From assembly GCF_006345805.1 (NCBI RefSeq), contig NC_043001.1, forward strand, positions 43,338,001-43,402,000: DNA of 64,000 nucleotides. The letters are read 5' to 3'. Under the pieces are notes generated by a model. That model searched no databases, had not been told where the DNA came from, and worked only from the letters and a program-made list of their open reading frames with translations. The position numbers and the translations under genes were made by a program. Shown here piece after piece: positions 46,821-59,106 of the stretch. Origin of the DNA: Octopus sinensis. Lineage: Eukaryota. Numbering within the stretch: position 1 is the first letter of the stretch; each line of letters opens with the position of its first letter.

Positions 46821-49800
46821 GTAAGTCTTAAATTTGTCTATTGACATGTATAAAATATTTTTTATAATATATTTGTATGTTCGATGTTTCTTTTCACAAT
46901 ATTTTCTACTGCGATTGAACTATAAACCTGTTGGTTCTGTTTATATATTCAGTGGAAGCCTCTTATTGCGATCAGATGAAAACTTTCCGACAGTAGTAAC
47001 CGGCTGATAACATTAGGCAAATAATAAGTTTGTGGCCTCGTCTAAGTATGACGAGAATAATCGGTTGATAATATCCGTAATTATACGTGGCTTCCACTGA
47101 GTGCTTGTGAATCAATAAACCATTCCGTGAAAAATTTTGGCTCGATTCCTTTGAAATATTTACATAAGGGCTGAGGAAATACGAGCGAGGGAATATCTAC
47201 GCACTCGTTTGAATTACTCCCACATGGTCACTTTGTACTATGACTATATCGAAATATCCCACTTTTTTTTTTTGTCTCATTGGGCATTTTAGATTGTTAC
47301 TCATGTTTATATATTAATGTGCAACTATTGAAGATGTAGTATTTTAAATTAATCAGATGAATGTATTTTTGTTTATCTATCTTGTTGAATGACAGCACGT
47401 GTCGGTATACTGCACAAAAGGCCGAAAACAAATACTAATATTGCAAGAGTGGAGAAATTGCTTTGCTGTAGTATTTCATTCTTTGAAAACATACTATTTC
47501 ATATTGTCATCGATGTTAGAAAGATTTTAAAAATAATATTGTATTGATCAGTTGTGCAAAACTTGTGTTTATTCAGTTATGTATTTTAAGAACCATACAG
47601 ATTTTAAATTCTTGAATTTAAAATAAAAATAATCATACTGAGAAAAAATAAAGTTCCTAATGACAATTTTATTTCGTTCATAAATTCTCTGGTCAGGCAT
47701 TGTAATGCAATTGTTATTCTACCCAAATACGAATTATATCTCTGGGCCATGATGTATCGATATATTTTATACGTCTCCTCGGGAGTGCCTTCATGAACCA
47801 CGTGGTTTTCTATTTAAGAAAACATTATTTAGGTGGCGAAATAAAGTAACGTTTTAAAAATCCGTCTGCTTCATTTGTGTAAAACAACAAATTAGTGGCA
47901 GCGGTACAGCGATATGCCTGTTATAAAGATTAAAAAAAAAAAATCGAAAGTAAACAATTGCAAAGGTGATGGTCATATGGTAAAGGAGTTAAACGTGTTC
48001 AAGTCAGTTGAATCAAGCGGCAAGCGTGAGAAATGGTGGCGTCATTAATCCTATTCCCAAGGTTCTGTCAAACGAGAACAAGTGCGAGACTTAACAAATG
48101 GGTCGATTTTATGAGCTTTTATTTCATTGCTAACGAAATAGACGAAAAACTTAAACAGCTTTATTTTACTTAGCATAGGCCAGGGGCGAGAATTAATGAC
48201 GGCTGGACAGGAAGAAATATCAGCAAACGTATTCAGAACTTCTGAAGCTCATGAGATAGAAAAACCAAACAAATGGGTTGAACGCTTAGAGTTCTCTTTA
48301 ATTCAACAAGTTGAAGAGTCAGTGGACGAATATTTGGATAGACTTAAATCAAAAGCCGAAAGATGCGACTTCGGCACAAACCAGGAGGAAAGAATCCTTG
48401 AACAAATAATAAAAGGACTGAAATGGAGAAATGAAACAAAAAATCTGGTAAACGAACCAGATCTTACTCTAGAGTTAGCTATTGAGAGCATAAGGACATA
48501 TGAAGCTACGATAGAAAGCAGTACATGTTATGATGATACTAGTGAAACGAAAACAGATTCATGTCATGATGATACTAATGAAACGAAAACAGATTCATGT
48601 CATGAAATAACGGTGAAAAATGCCAGACCGTGTGGAAGATGTGGAAAAAACCATGGAAAGAGAAAAAAAGACTGTCATGCATTTAACAAAGAATGCAGAA
48701 AATGCAACAGGTTACACCATTTTGAAAAATTTTGCCTTACAAAAACAACTATGTACCAAAACGGAAATTCCCGTCCACATTGGTTTGGAGAAAGAATCCC
48801 ATATGATCCATACCAAGAAGAAATCTATGAGTACCCGGAAAACGGAGGAGAGAGTTTTAATAACGGTAAGGAAATATTTACTATCATAGATTGTAAAGAC
48901 AATCAAATCTGAGAAAGGATGAATGCCAGAAGAAAGAAATAACAACAGAAATGCTAAAGACCCTCCTGAATTAAGTTATAGGCAGCAGAGTGTCAGTCCT
49001 TCAAGAAAATTAGATATGGTAACCATCGTCAAAATGCACAGTGATGGACGACTGTTCCAGTGCAACAAGTCACACCTGCAGCAGTTATACAGTCCAGAGA
49101 AACAGGTTGCCTTCAGTTCGCTAGCTCAACAGATCAGAGACAATAATCAACCAACTTTGGCCTGCAAGGGTGAATGTCAGTGCTCAAGATAATCGTATTC
49201 AGTGAGTCCAACTCACAATGTAGGCAGAACAGACTGACCAATCACCAGTGCCATTGGGCCATTCTGTGAGAATAAGTATGCCCCAGTAAAACTTCATATG
49301 TGGCATAAATACCTAATACGTTGACTAATTCATAATTGCTAACTTCTTATTTGATAAACGGGTTGTGAAATCATGCGTCGGTATATTTTACAAATTATGA
49401 TGAAGGCACACTTTGAGTGTACCTTAATAAAAAAAACATATTATGTGATATTAAAAAAAAAAGACAAATGAGATGGTGAATTAAAGTGACATGTTTTAAA
49501 AATCTTTTTGCTTCATTTATGTAAAAGCAATATAACAGGCTGAAAGTAACTTGCAATGAAATAGTGACTTAGTAAATTGGCACTGTTTAGGAACACACAA
49601 AATGATCTGTTGATTATTCGTATAGTTCAGTAATGTATAGATTTCAGGATTATTTTGGAGCATTCTTTAATTTAGTAGATTCTGTAACTTCAAAAGTTTT
49701 TAAATACATCGGGGAAACCTGGTATTTAAATGATTAGTGAATTAATTATCAATTGATATATATTTAGACTTGAATCATATGTATTGAACATGGTAACTAA

Positions 49801-52800
49801 TTATCAACAGAAATTTACTGAAGATTGTTTTTTTTAAACATGTTTGTGTTCCTGCATGATTATAACCATTTACAGAAGAATAGTAAATTGAAAAATAATC
49901 TGCAAAAAGTTCCATTTTCACTTGGCTTCTAGAGCAAAAGGTTTTTTTCTAGTCTAAACTTAATAATTTACACAATTTTAATTGCTAGCAGTGTAATTAA
50001 ATTTTATCGTAGAATATTAACTGTTCATTTAACCTAACTAGCAATGTATTGTTAATTTTGAATTATTGAAAGAAGGAAAAAACAAACAAAAAAATATCAG
50101 CTTCAAAAATTACTTGAATTATGGTTTCTAGAAATTTGCAAGCAATAGGCACAAACTAGAGAAAGTGACTCCTGATATAACATATCTGATTTAGAAATTA
50201 GAGAAATGTGACTACAGTAATTGTGAATATGCAAAATTATGAAAAGCAAAGAAACGCCCCAAGTTGTGAAGGCTGTAGTAATAGTATTCAATAGTGGAGT
50301 AATACAAATATAATAAGGTGTAAACTACTGTTGCAGCATTCACATAGAATATGTCAACTACTCCTCCCTTTTAGCGTTGAATGGAACATTTGCCAGCTGG
50401 ATAAACAGTGTTGACATTAATGATTTTTAAATCTAAAATAAGACTTTATGCTAGTAAGGGTAATGAACAACATTATCCAATGTATCCTTCATTTTTTAAG
50501 AGTGTATAGTATAACTTGAAAGATATACTAATTCTAATATATTGTGCAACCATGCAAGAGCTTCCGCAGTGGCTCAGAATAAGGTCTTTAGAAATATTTT
50601 ATAAATACAAGAAAAATTCAGAGTAGCTGTTTGTCCTAGCTCTTAGATGTAGGAACTATCACCTTTGAAAAATTCATGCTTCAGCCCTGCTCCCATTGGT
50701 TTATAAGAAAGTCCTTGTGGTTGCTTGACTAGCTAGAAGTAGCATATACATTCTGCTATCTGAGAAAAGGATAGAAATATCAGGCAGTCTAGTCCAGGAT
50801 ATATTATGCCTGAAAAAAAAGACAGGATGGTCATTGTCAGAATGCTTTTGATTGTAGGTCTGTTTGATTAGGGTCTAACTTGGGGTTAAATAACAAGTAT
50901 AGATGCATTGTAGCCAATTGGTTAAGAAGTATGCTTCATAATCACGAGACCCTTGGTTTGATTCCACTGCATGGCAACTTGATCAAGTGTAATTTTTTTA
51001 TATAGACAAATCATCCCATATCCTTGTGAGTGAAACTTGGGTAGATGGAAACTGTACAGGTGTCTGATGGATGGACTCTATTTGTAATTCAAGGGTACAG
51101 CTTTGTCACATACTGTCATGCTGATTCTGCTTAAGAATTACATTGTATCCGTGAAATGCTCAATCACTTTTTTCTTCCTATCTGCCAAAGGAGGTTCAAG
51201 CACTTTGACACACATACACAAAAGAGAACTTCGGCCTACCAAGTTCTCTCACATGCCTTTGTGGTTGATCTGAGTTTATAGAAGACACTTGCCCAAAGTG
51301 TTGCACAGTTGGACTGAACTTGAAACCATGTGGTTGAGAAGCAAGCTTCTCATCCATACAGCTATACTTTTGACTATAAAAAAAAATGCATACTCATATG
51401 TGCAGAACTATTTGTGTGTAGATTTTCTATATGATGCCCTTTCTGATGTTGACTCTCATCTCTATCCAAGTGAGATAATGTTCTTCCTATCTATCAGAGG
51501 TGGTGTATTAACATCATTAACCCTTTCGTTACCAACCCGGCTGAAACTGGCTCTGGCTTTGAGTACAAATGTCTTATTTTCATAAGTTTTGAATTAAAAT
51601 CTTCCACCAAACCTTAGTCACAATTTATGTTCCTAACACTAGCTTAGTGATAACTAAGTTATTTTACTAAATTCTTTGTTACATTTAAAATAATTGAAAG
51701 AAACACAGAGCATCTCAACAGAAACACAGTAACGAAAGGGTTAATTCATTTGATTGAACCACTGAATACTCATTGTTGTTATTGACAGAGAACCATCCAA
51801 TAAGAGCATTGTAAACTTGAAGACTTGACCAAGTTATTTACCAAATTTTAACTGAGAATCTAAAGCATTGAATTCTCTTGATGAAACTATATTTTGAATC
51901 AAATAAGATCTTGTAGAATAATTTGATAGTGAGGTAGCAAGCTGAAAAATAAATCTCAGAATCTAAGTTACCAGAAAATCGATTTTACTGTACTACATAT
52001 TTTGTTAGTGGAGGGCTGAAAGGTAAAAGTGACCCTAATATGATTTGATTCTCAGAATGAGATGTAACTGATCATCACAATGTCTTTCTGCCTGCTTTCA
52101 TCGGTAAGATATCAAAATTAAAGAAACACTAAATGTTGAATGATATTTTTGCAGATAAACAAAACTAGCAACATAGTGGTTGTCCTTAACCCTTTCGTTA
52201 CCAACCCGGCTGAAACTTGCTCTGGCTCTGTAGTACAAATGTCTTGTTTTCATAAATTTGAATTAAAATCTTCCACCAAACGTTAGCCACAATTTATGTT
52301 CCTAACACTAGCTTAATAATAACAAAGTTATTTTACTAAATTCTTTGTTGCATCTAAAGTAATTGAAAGAAACACAGAGCATCTCAAAATAAATACGGTA
52401 ACGAAAGGGTTAAATAGTTTCAATACTCAAATTTATTGGTTTCAAATTTTGGCACAAGGCCATCAATTTCGGGGGTAGGAGTAAGGTCATTACATCGACC
52501 CCAATACTCAACAGGTACTTAGTTTATTGACCCTGAAAGGATGAAAGGTAAAGTCAACCTCAGCCAAATTTGAATTCAGAGTGTAAAGACGGATGAAATG
52601 TTGCTAAGCATTTTGCCTGCCTTAATACTCAAATTATTAAAACTGTGATCATTGTTGATTCTATTAATTTTCATTATAATATCAAGATTATCATTCAAAG
52701 ATTTTGTAACTTCATTCAGGATTAACACTAAATAAAATAATTTAAATAATATTCTTTTTTTCCTTCTTTTTCAGGATTCTCACCTCGAGGTGGTGGACGC

Positions 52801-55800
52801 GGAGGTGGTCGCGGTGGCTTTGGTGGCCGTGGAGGTGGACGTGGAGGCTTTGGTGGCGGAGGTGGACGTGGAGGCTTTGGTGGTGGAGGTGGACGTGGAG
52901 GCTTTGGTGGCAGAGGTGGCGGTGGTGGTAGAGGAGGATTTGGTGGCCGGGGTGGAGGTGGCAGAGGAGGATTTGGTGGCAGAGGACGTGGGGGTAAATA
53001 TCTTTTTAATTGTCTTATTTTCTTAAAATATTTGGTGCTATTCAGTTCTTTCATTCTTCCTGATGATAGTCTTGAGAGTACACTTAAATTTGTTTGCTTT
53101 TTAGGTGGCCGAGGTGGTATGAGAGGTGGGCAGAAAGTTATAATTGAACCTCACAGACATGAAGGTAAGCTAATAGTGATAGTCTTCAGTTTTTAATGCT
53201 TATTTTGATTGTGTTTTACTTTCATTAAGATGTCCTGTTTTATTTCATGTATCTAATAGTTTTAATCTTACTTTAAATAGGTGTTTTTATTGCTCGTGGT
53301 AAAGAAGATGTATTGGTTACAAAAAATATGGTCGTTGGAGATAGTGTATATGGCGAGAAAAAAATTGCTGTTGAAGTAAGGTGTCTTTTTTTCTTGTCTT
53401 TTTTTTTTTTACTCTGTCAAATGTAGTACTTATTTATTCACATTCTTTTGATGTCAATGATGTGATTGAGACCATTGGTATTATATTGTGCTTGAGAAGA
53501 CCCAACAAGCCAAGTAAAATTGCAGTTGTGGCAGATATTGCTGTCACGCAAATGGCACCTGTACCAATGGCATGTAAAAGCACCTTTTAAGTGCTGGGCC
53601 TCGCAGAGGAAAGGACTGAGACTATTTGTCATTATGCCGGGCTTTGAGCATTGGGCCTCACAGAGGCAATGACTTGAGTTCATTTGGCATTATTCTGTGC
53701 TTGAAAAGACCCATCAAGCCAAGTAAAAACGCAGTCGTGGCAGATACTGGTGTCACGCAAATGGCATCCATACCAGTAGCACATAAAAGTACCCATTACA
53801 CTCTCGGGTGGTTCGTGTTAGGAAGGGCATCCAGTCATAGAAACTTTGCCAAAACAGACTGGATCCTAGTGCAGCTTGCCAGCCCTGATCAAACCGTCCA
53901 ACCCATACCAGCATGGACAACGGACGTTAAATGATGATGATGATGTAATTGCATATTTTTAGAAGGACATTGTAAGGTAGGTGTGAGAGGCTGGATCTGG
54001 CTGGTTTGAACAAAACATAGATAGAATATTTGGGCCAGATATGGCTGTTTTAAATGCTAAAGGGTTAATGAATATAAGTGCCACTTGTTAATTCTGTACA
54101 AAATTGGTAGGGTAAAGAGGGTTGGAGAAATCTTACTTTAACTATTTAGCATTTAATCCAGCCACATCCAACCCAAATATTATACCTGTTGTATGTTCAA
54201 ACCAACCATATCCAGGCTCTCACACCTACCCTACATTGTCATTCTAAAAATAAACAATCACATCTTCAAAATTTTGAAGCTGCAAGATTCTACATGGTTA
54301 ATTTTTTAAAATGTAGATAAATAATACATTGCATAAATGAATCTGAATGTTAAATGGTCGTAATTAGTCATGGCTTATGTCAAAGCTTCAAACTTTTAAT
54401 GTGGTTGTTTACTTTTAGAATGATATTGTAGGGTAAGTGTAAGAGGCTGGTTTTGACCAGTTTAAACATGAGACAGGTAGAATATTTGGACTGGATAGAG
54501 TAGTTGTCATGTATAGAACAGCTTGGAACATAATCATTTTTATGCACTGAGTTTTGAATATTCTTTTCTAAGAATTCTTTTTCTGTAGAAATGGCTTTGT
54601 ATTATCTGCTATTGGATGCATTGTAGGATCAGAAAACTTGCTAGCTTTAATACTTTGTAATTTCGTACAATATTGCATATTATTTGATACAAATTTAATC
54701 TCTTTTATTTATTTATTACTTTTTCTAATTCCAGGAAGGAGACAAAAAAATTGAATACAGAGCATGGAATCCTTTCCGGTCCAAGTTAGCAGCAGCTATT
54801 CTTGGTGGAATTGATGACATCCACATGAAACCAGGGAGCAAAGTTTTATATTTAGGAGCTGCTTCAGGGACCACAGTTAGCCACGTTTCAGATCTCGTTG
54901 GTCCAGTGAGTTGTCAACTTGAAATTTTTGTTTCTGTTTGTAAAATTAATATTTTTGTCCCTAGAAACCAGCCTTTGAATATCAAGTCTGGGGAAAGTAC
55001 AATTTTTAAACTTTAGTTACTTTCATTTATGGATATTGGTTGTGAAGTATTGGATTACTTTCCATATGAGGAAAGTAGATACCATTGTGACTGAAGTTGG
55101 AAGTTTGCTTCCTCACTATGTGGTCTCAAGTTTAGTCCCATTGTGTGGCATATTGGGCAAGTGTCTTCTCCTATGGCCACAGGCTGACCAAAGCCTTGTG
55201 AGTGGGTCAAATAGACGAAAAGTGAAAGAAGTTCACTTATCTGTGTGTGTGCCTGCAGTTAAATCTGAAGTCTTTACAATTTGAAGAAGAATAAGTAACA
55301 GAAATAGAATGTAGAATAAATTCAGAGAACACAAACTTATAACAATGTTGGATGGTGCACATTAATAAAATCGCACATTATCAGTAACATAACATAATTT
55401 GTATTGGTATATTGATGTAAAGATGAAAGGTAAATCAAGGGGATTTTTATAAATCTGTCACTCCAGTTTTTGTTCCTGGTGTTAGTACTGAAAATTCTGG
55501 AATGTTTGCTGCATAGTAGAATTGAAATATTTTCTCACATGTTAGAGAAAACTTTTAGTGGTTCAGGCTGCTTTCAGTAATGTACATGTGTTGGTTTCAG
55601 AATTATGTGCGAGGAAAAAAATCAGTATTATACTGAAACATTCAGAGTAGATACCTTCATTTTGGTTGTTTATAGTAATATAATGTTTTGGTAGTTCTCT
55701 CTCACCATCTGTTGCTTTCAGTAATGTTCTTGGAAATTTAGAATTGAACCCTTTATTAAATCCATGGGGATAGATTGCTCACCAAGACTTACTAATAACT

Positions 55801-57310
55801 GGAAGATGTTTCTTATTTGGTTAATATAAGAAATTTCCAAAGCAACAAATAAAGTTTTATTAGGAAAGATGCTGTTGGGAAATATCTTATTAATTTTGAG
55901 TGTTTTTTTTTTTTGTGTGTGTAGGTGTGAGATATTTAGTTGGGAATATGAAGATAAGGCTGAGCTAGCATTTAGTCTGTTGAACTTCTTGACCTCTGTT
56001 AATGATCTAAATTCTTTTCTATAGGAAGGCATTGTCTATGCTGTAGAGTTTTCCCATCGAAGTGGTCGTGATTTATTAAATGTTGCTACAAAACGCACCA
56101 ATATTGTTCCAATTATTGAAGATGCTCGACATCCATTGAAATACAGAATGTTAGTTGGTAAGCATTAGTATTATCAGTTTATTTTGTATTCTCTGTATTC
56201 TTTATAGTGTATTTTATTTCAATGCTGATCATAAATATTTTTTTTTTCCAGGCATAGTTGATACAATTTTCTCTGATGTTGCTCAACCAGACCAAGCTAG
56301 AATCGTTGCTTTGAATGCACATCACTTTTTAAAGAACAATGGATATGTTGTCATTTCTATTAAGGTAAATTCTTAATATCTTCAAATTAAATAATAGCAA
56401 TATTTGATTCGTATTTGTTTTACACTTGAATTTAAAAAATAATGCCTCAATCAATTTAACTGCTTATTTCTATTGGCAGTAGAATGAGTAATAGTAATAT
56501 ACTGGGAAAATTGTTCTTGATTTAGTATAAAAATTATATTCTACTCTTTTACTTCGTATTGGGTTGGAAAGTAAGTCCCATTATATTTCAAGATGAGAAA
56601 GAAACAAATGTTTCTTATAATCTTTAATTGATTTGTTTAATCAAGATATTTCCCCTCGTTACTGACAACATTATCCTATCTATTTGGCAAGTTGTTAATC
56701 CCTTGGGTGTAGAATTCTTCAGATGTCAAAGCAAAGAAGCAGTATCATTTTTAACCTCTTCACATAGAAAAGGGTAAAGTTGATACAAATTTAACCACTA
56801 TGGTATAATGTTATCTGCAAAGAAAGACAAAGAACAGTGTAAAACTTAATGCATAAGTATTGAACAAGTACCCTCAAAGTGATCATGCCAGAAATGCAAT
56901 AAGACTTTTTTCCAACTTGATACATTAGTTACATCATCTAATATATATTTAATTCCTGTTACTTAGCATTATTTGTATTGGAATTATTGGCTTAGTGATG
57001 TTGTAAGCAAGACAAGTCTTAATTTGGTTTCAATTACTTGTTAGATTCATTTCACATATATTGCTAATGTCGCTTCTGTCTTCCAGCATATCCTTCATAA
57101 CACTGAAATATATTATTTGAACTATTTTTTCCTTCTGTGTTGCAGGCTAATTGTATAGATTCTACAGCAGAACCAGAAGCAGTATTTGCTGGTGAAGTAA
57201 ACAAAATGAAAGCTGAAAAAATTAAACCCCTTGAACAGCTGACACTTGAACCTTATGAAAGAGATCATGCTGTAGTAGTTGGCTGTTACAGGCCACCACC
57301 TAAAAAATAG
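46808..57310 (+). CDS. FBL: Fibrillarin, rRNA 2'-O-methyltransferase, 322 aa
   Basis: Exons 46808-46820, 52775-52993 (GAR/RGG domain), 53105-53164, 53281-53375, 54735-54905, 56025-56157, 56252-56364, 57146-57310. Total 969 nt. Motifs: [94 protein letters not shown]. Confidence 0.97.
46949..47100. mobile_element. Small MITE with 12-bp TIRs in FBL intron 1
   Basis: TCAGTGGAAGCC ... GGCTTCCACTGA, with an internal repeat ATAACCGGCTGATAA / ATAATCGGTTGATAA. Confidence 0.55.
47893..47905 (+). promoter_or_regulatory. Primer-binding site, tRNA-Leu-type
   Basis: TAGTGGCAGCGGT matches 12 of 13 nt of TGGTGGCAGCGGT, the complement of the tRNA-Leu(AAG/UAG) 3' end ...ACCGCUGCCACCA (recalled). It lies directly after the putative LTR end ACAACA. 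Confidence 0.6.
48196..48912 (+). CDS. Gag-like ORF (capsid-like region plus two Cys/His zinc knuckles), 238 aa
   Basis: [24 protein letters not shown]...[11 protein letters not shown]...LTLELAI; CGRCGKNH...[21 protein letters not shown]. The upstream gag part (~48033-48175) is frameshifted. Confidence 0.7.
   Translation: MTAGQEEISANVFRTSEAHEIEKPNKWVERLEFSLIQQVEESVDEYLDRLKSKAERCDFGTNQEERILEQIIKGLKWRNETKNLVNEPDLTLELAIESIRTYEATIESSTCYDDTSETKTDSCHDDTNETKTDSCHEITVKNARPCGRCGKNHGKRKKDCHAFNKECRKCNRLHHFEKFCLTKTTMYQNGNSRPHWFGERIPYDPYQEEIYEYPENGGESFNNGKEIFTIIDCKDNQI
51517..51744. mobile_element. piggyBac-type MITE, family A
   Basis: TTAA|CCCTTTCGTTAC...GTAACGAAAGGG|TTAA. Confidence 0.88.
52186..52413. 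mobile_element. piggyBac-type MITE, family A
   Basis: TTAA|CCCTTTCGTTAC...GTAACGAAAGGG|TTAA. Confidence 0.88.
52435..52625 (-). mobile_element. tRNA-derived SINE, second family
   Basis: Homologous to 31141-31317. Confidence 0.7.
52775..52993 (+). CDS. FBL: FBL exon 2 (GAR domain)
   Basis: ttttcag|GA TTC TCA CCT CGA GGT... RGG/FGG repeats ...|gtaaat. Confidence 0.93.
53105..53164 (+). CDS. FBL: FBL exon 3
   Basis: [20 protein letters not shown]|gtaagc. Confidence 0.93.
53281..53375 (+). CDS. FBL: FBL exon 4
   Basis: [32 protein letters not shown]|gtaagg. Confidence 0.95.
53450..53945 (+). mobile_element. SINE/LINE-tail repeat with an internal duplication and (GAT)n tail in FBL intron 4
   Basis: GACCC..CAAGCCAAGTAAAA..GCAGT.GTGGCAGATA occurs twice, then TTAGGAAGGGCATCCAG...GGACGTTAAATGATGATGATGAT. 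Confidence 0.7.
54735..54905 (+). CDS. FBL: FBL exon 5
   Basis: [18 protein letters not shown]...SDLVGP|gtgagt. Confidence 0.96.
56025..56157 (+). CDS. FBL: FBL exon 6
   Basis: [44 protein letters not shown]|gtaagc. Confidence 0.96.
56252..56364 (+). CDS. FBL: FBL exon 7
   Basis: [38 protein letters not shown]|gtaaat. Confidence 0.96.
56558..56770 (-). mobile_element. mariner 3' end remnant in FBL intron 7
   Basis: TA|TTGGGTTGG TIR-like end; minus strand reads [26 protein letters not shown]. Confidence 0.6.
57146..57310 (+). CDS. FBL: FBL terminal exon 8
   Basis: [54 protein letters not shown]. Confidence 0.96.
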   Translation, partial: ANCIDSTAEPEAVFAGEVNKMKAEKIKPLEQLTLEPYERDHAVVVGCYRPPPKK

Positions 57311-58283
57311 ACATTATTTTATATTTTTAACATTCATGAACTCATCCATTTTTTTGTGTATATACAGTACATAAAAGAAAACACAAGACAAAAATCATGG
57401 CTTTATATCTTTTTTCTTTTACTATTTGACCAATGGAATTTTCACAGTATATCCTACTGAAAGCCAGCAGCAAGGACAGCCTGTTTTCTCTAACACTGAG
57501 TTGTCCATTAGAGGATTGTTCCTCTTAATGTCAAAATGCCTTAAAATGAATATAGATATATTGTTGAAATTATAGGTTACAGGAAAATATTTATGTCTAA
57601 AGTGTTTTACATTAGACCAATAATGTTTTATCAACTATCTTGACTTGCTTTACAATGTAAAGTATGTTTTTTTTAAAGGAAAATACCATATTTACTCTCC
57701 ATGAGTTAATATTCTTTTTTCATCCATGCCACATAAAACTGATTAACCAAACAAAATTTTTATAATTTGCCATGATCTACAGAAACAATAAAAACTTGTA
57801 AAGAGAAAATGCTGGTTTTATATTTTTTTCACATCAGGTTTGCACTCTGTAGTGTTAAATACAAAACTAGTAGACAGTCCAGCAAAATAAATCATGCCCT
57901 ATCGTAAGTATAGACTCATGTTTGTCATATTTGTATGGGTTAGGCGAGTTATGGTCTGAGTTGATTCTTATTCATAGTTACACCTCCCCTAGATGGGTCA
58001 GAGGGTGACATTTTGCTTGTATGTTCCATTTTTTGGCATGGTTTCTACAGCTGGATGTTTTTCCAAGTGTAAGTCCTTTTACAGAATGTACCATTATAAG
58101 ATTTTCGGGCATTGGTCTATGAACATGTGTGAGGTGCAACTGTCAAGAGGCTTTACTATATTGACTGTAGTTCTTTCTTTGGTATATATTCTATGACCTC
58201 AAGGTTGGAAGGCAGAGTCCTTGTGTGTAAGAGGATGAAACCTAATACCACTAGGTATTTTTGAACCTTTACCTATCTATCTA

Positions 58284-58336
<53 letters not shown>

Positions 58337-58412
58337 GGAAAAATTGCAACCAAGGCAGAAAAAGTATCTCAAGTAATTTAAAATGATTTAATTATGGTAT
58401 GGTAAATTTAAA

Positions 58413-58488
58413 GTCTTACAGCCATTTCTGGGATAACCCAAGTGGTAGGTTAGCATGTCCATGCACTGGATATTCCGTCATCAGAGAC
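58413..58488 (-). ncRNA. Type I hammerhead-ribozyme-like motif (probably degenerate)
   Basis: GTCT-CTGATGA-[49-nt imperfect stem II]-GAAA-TGGCTG-TA-AGAC; stem I is GTCT/AGAC. Confidence 0.55.
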
Positions 58489-59106
58489 AATGTATGAATG
58501 TTTCAGATAAGGAAAATTTACAAGGAATAAAATATAAGAATAAAGGAGTAAAAGTAGTTAAAAGAATATAGGCAGGAGAATAATGTTCACAACTCATCTT
58601 TTTCCAGAGGATATGGATGTTGGTTGGTACTTCCATGAAGATACCAACCTTTAATAATAATCCTAGGTAAATCCAGGAAGTATTCTGAATGATATGTTCA
58701 TATTGTAAATGTGTATATAGAGCGAGAAAGTATGATGGACATAAATGGGTTTTGTGAGTGGGTGTATGAGAGATAAAGGGTGATTGAAAAGAAAAAATAA
58801 GATAAGGGTAAAAAATTAAATTAAAAGTAATATATCAAATGGGTTGTGAGTGTGTATGGGAGTGATATATCGTTACCTTAATTTTATTTATTATTTTTTA
58901 CCCTTTCACCCAATATCTTATTTTTATTCCTTTCACCTATCTCTCTCATACACCCACTCACAAAACCCATTTATGTCCCATGGAAGTACCAACCAACATT
59001 CATATCCTAGAAAAAGATGAGTTGTGAACATTAATTTTTCTAACTACTTTTTAATTCTATTTTATTCCTTGTAAACTAAATTTTCCCTGTCTAAAATGTT
59101 CATACC

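Larger units (their letters stand above)
47745..49535 (+). mobile_element. Internally deleted Gypsy (Mag-like) LTR element in FBL intron 1
   Basis: Diverged LTR-like pair (GTTTTAAAAATC...TGCTTCATTT.TGTAAAA at ~47851-47884 and ~49494-49526). PBS-like TAGTGGCAGCGGT at 47893-47905. gag ORF, then an integrase-tail-like peptide (ORF 48923-49192). No protease or RT. LTR edges are approximate. Confidence 0.6.

Noticed and set aside
52728-53054. Pro/Arg-rich 108-aa ORF on the minus strand
   Set aside because: It is the antisense shadow of the fibrillarin GAR exon.
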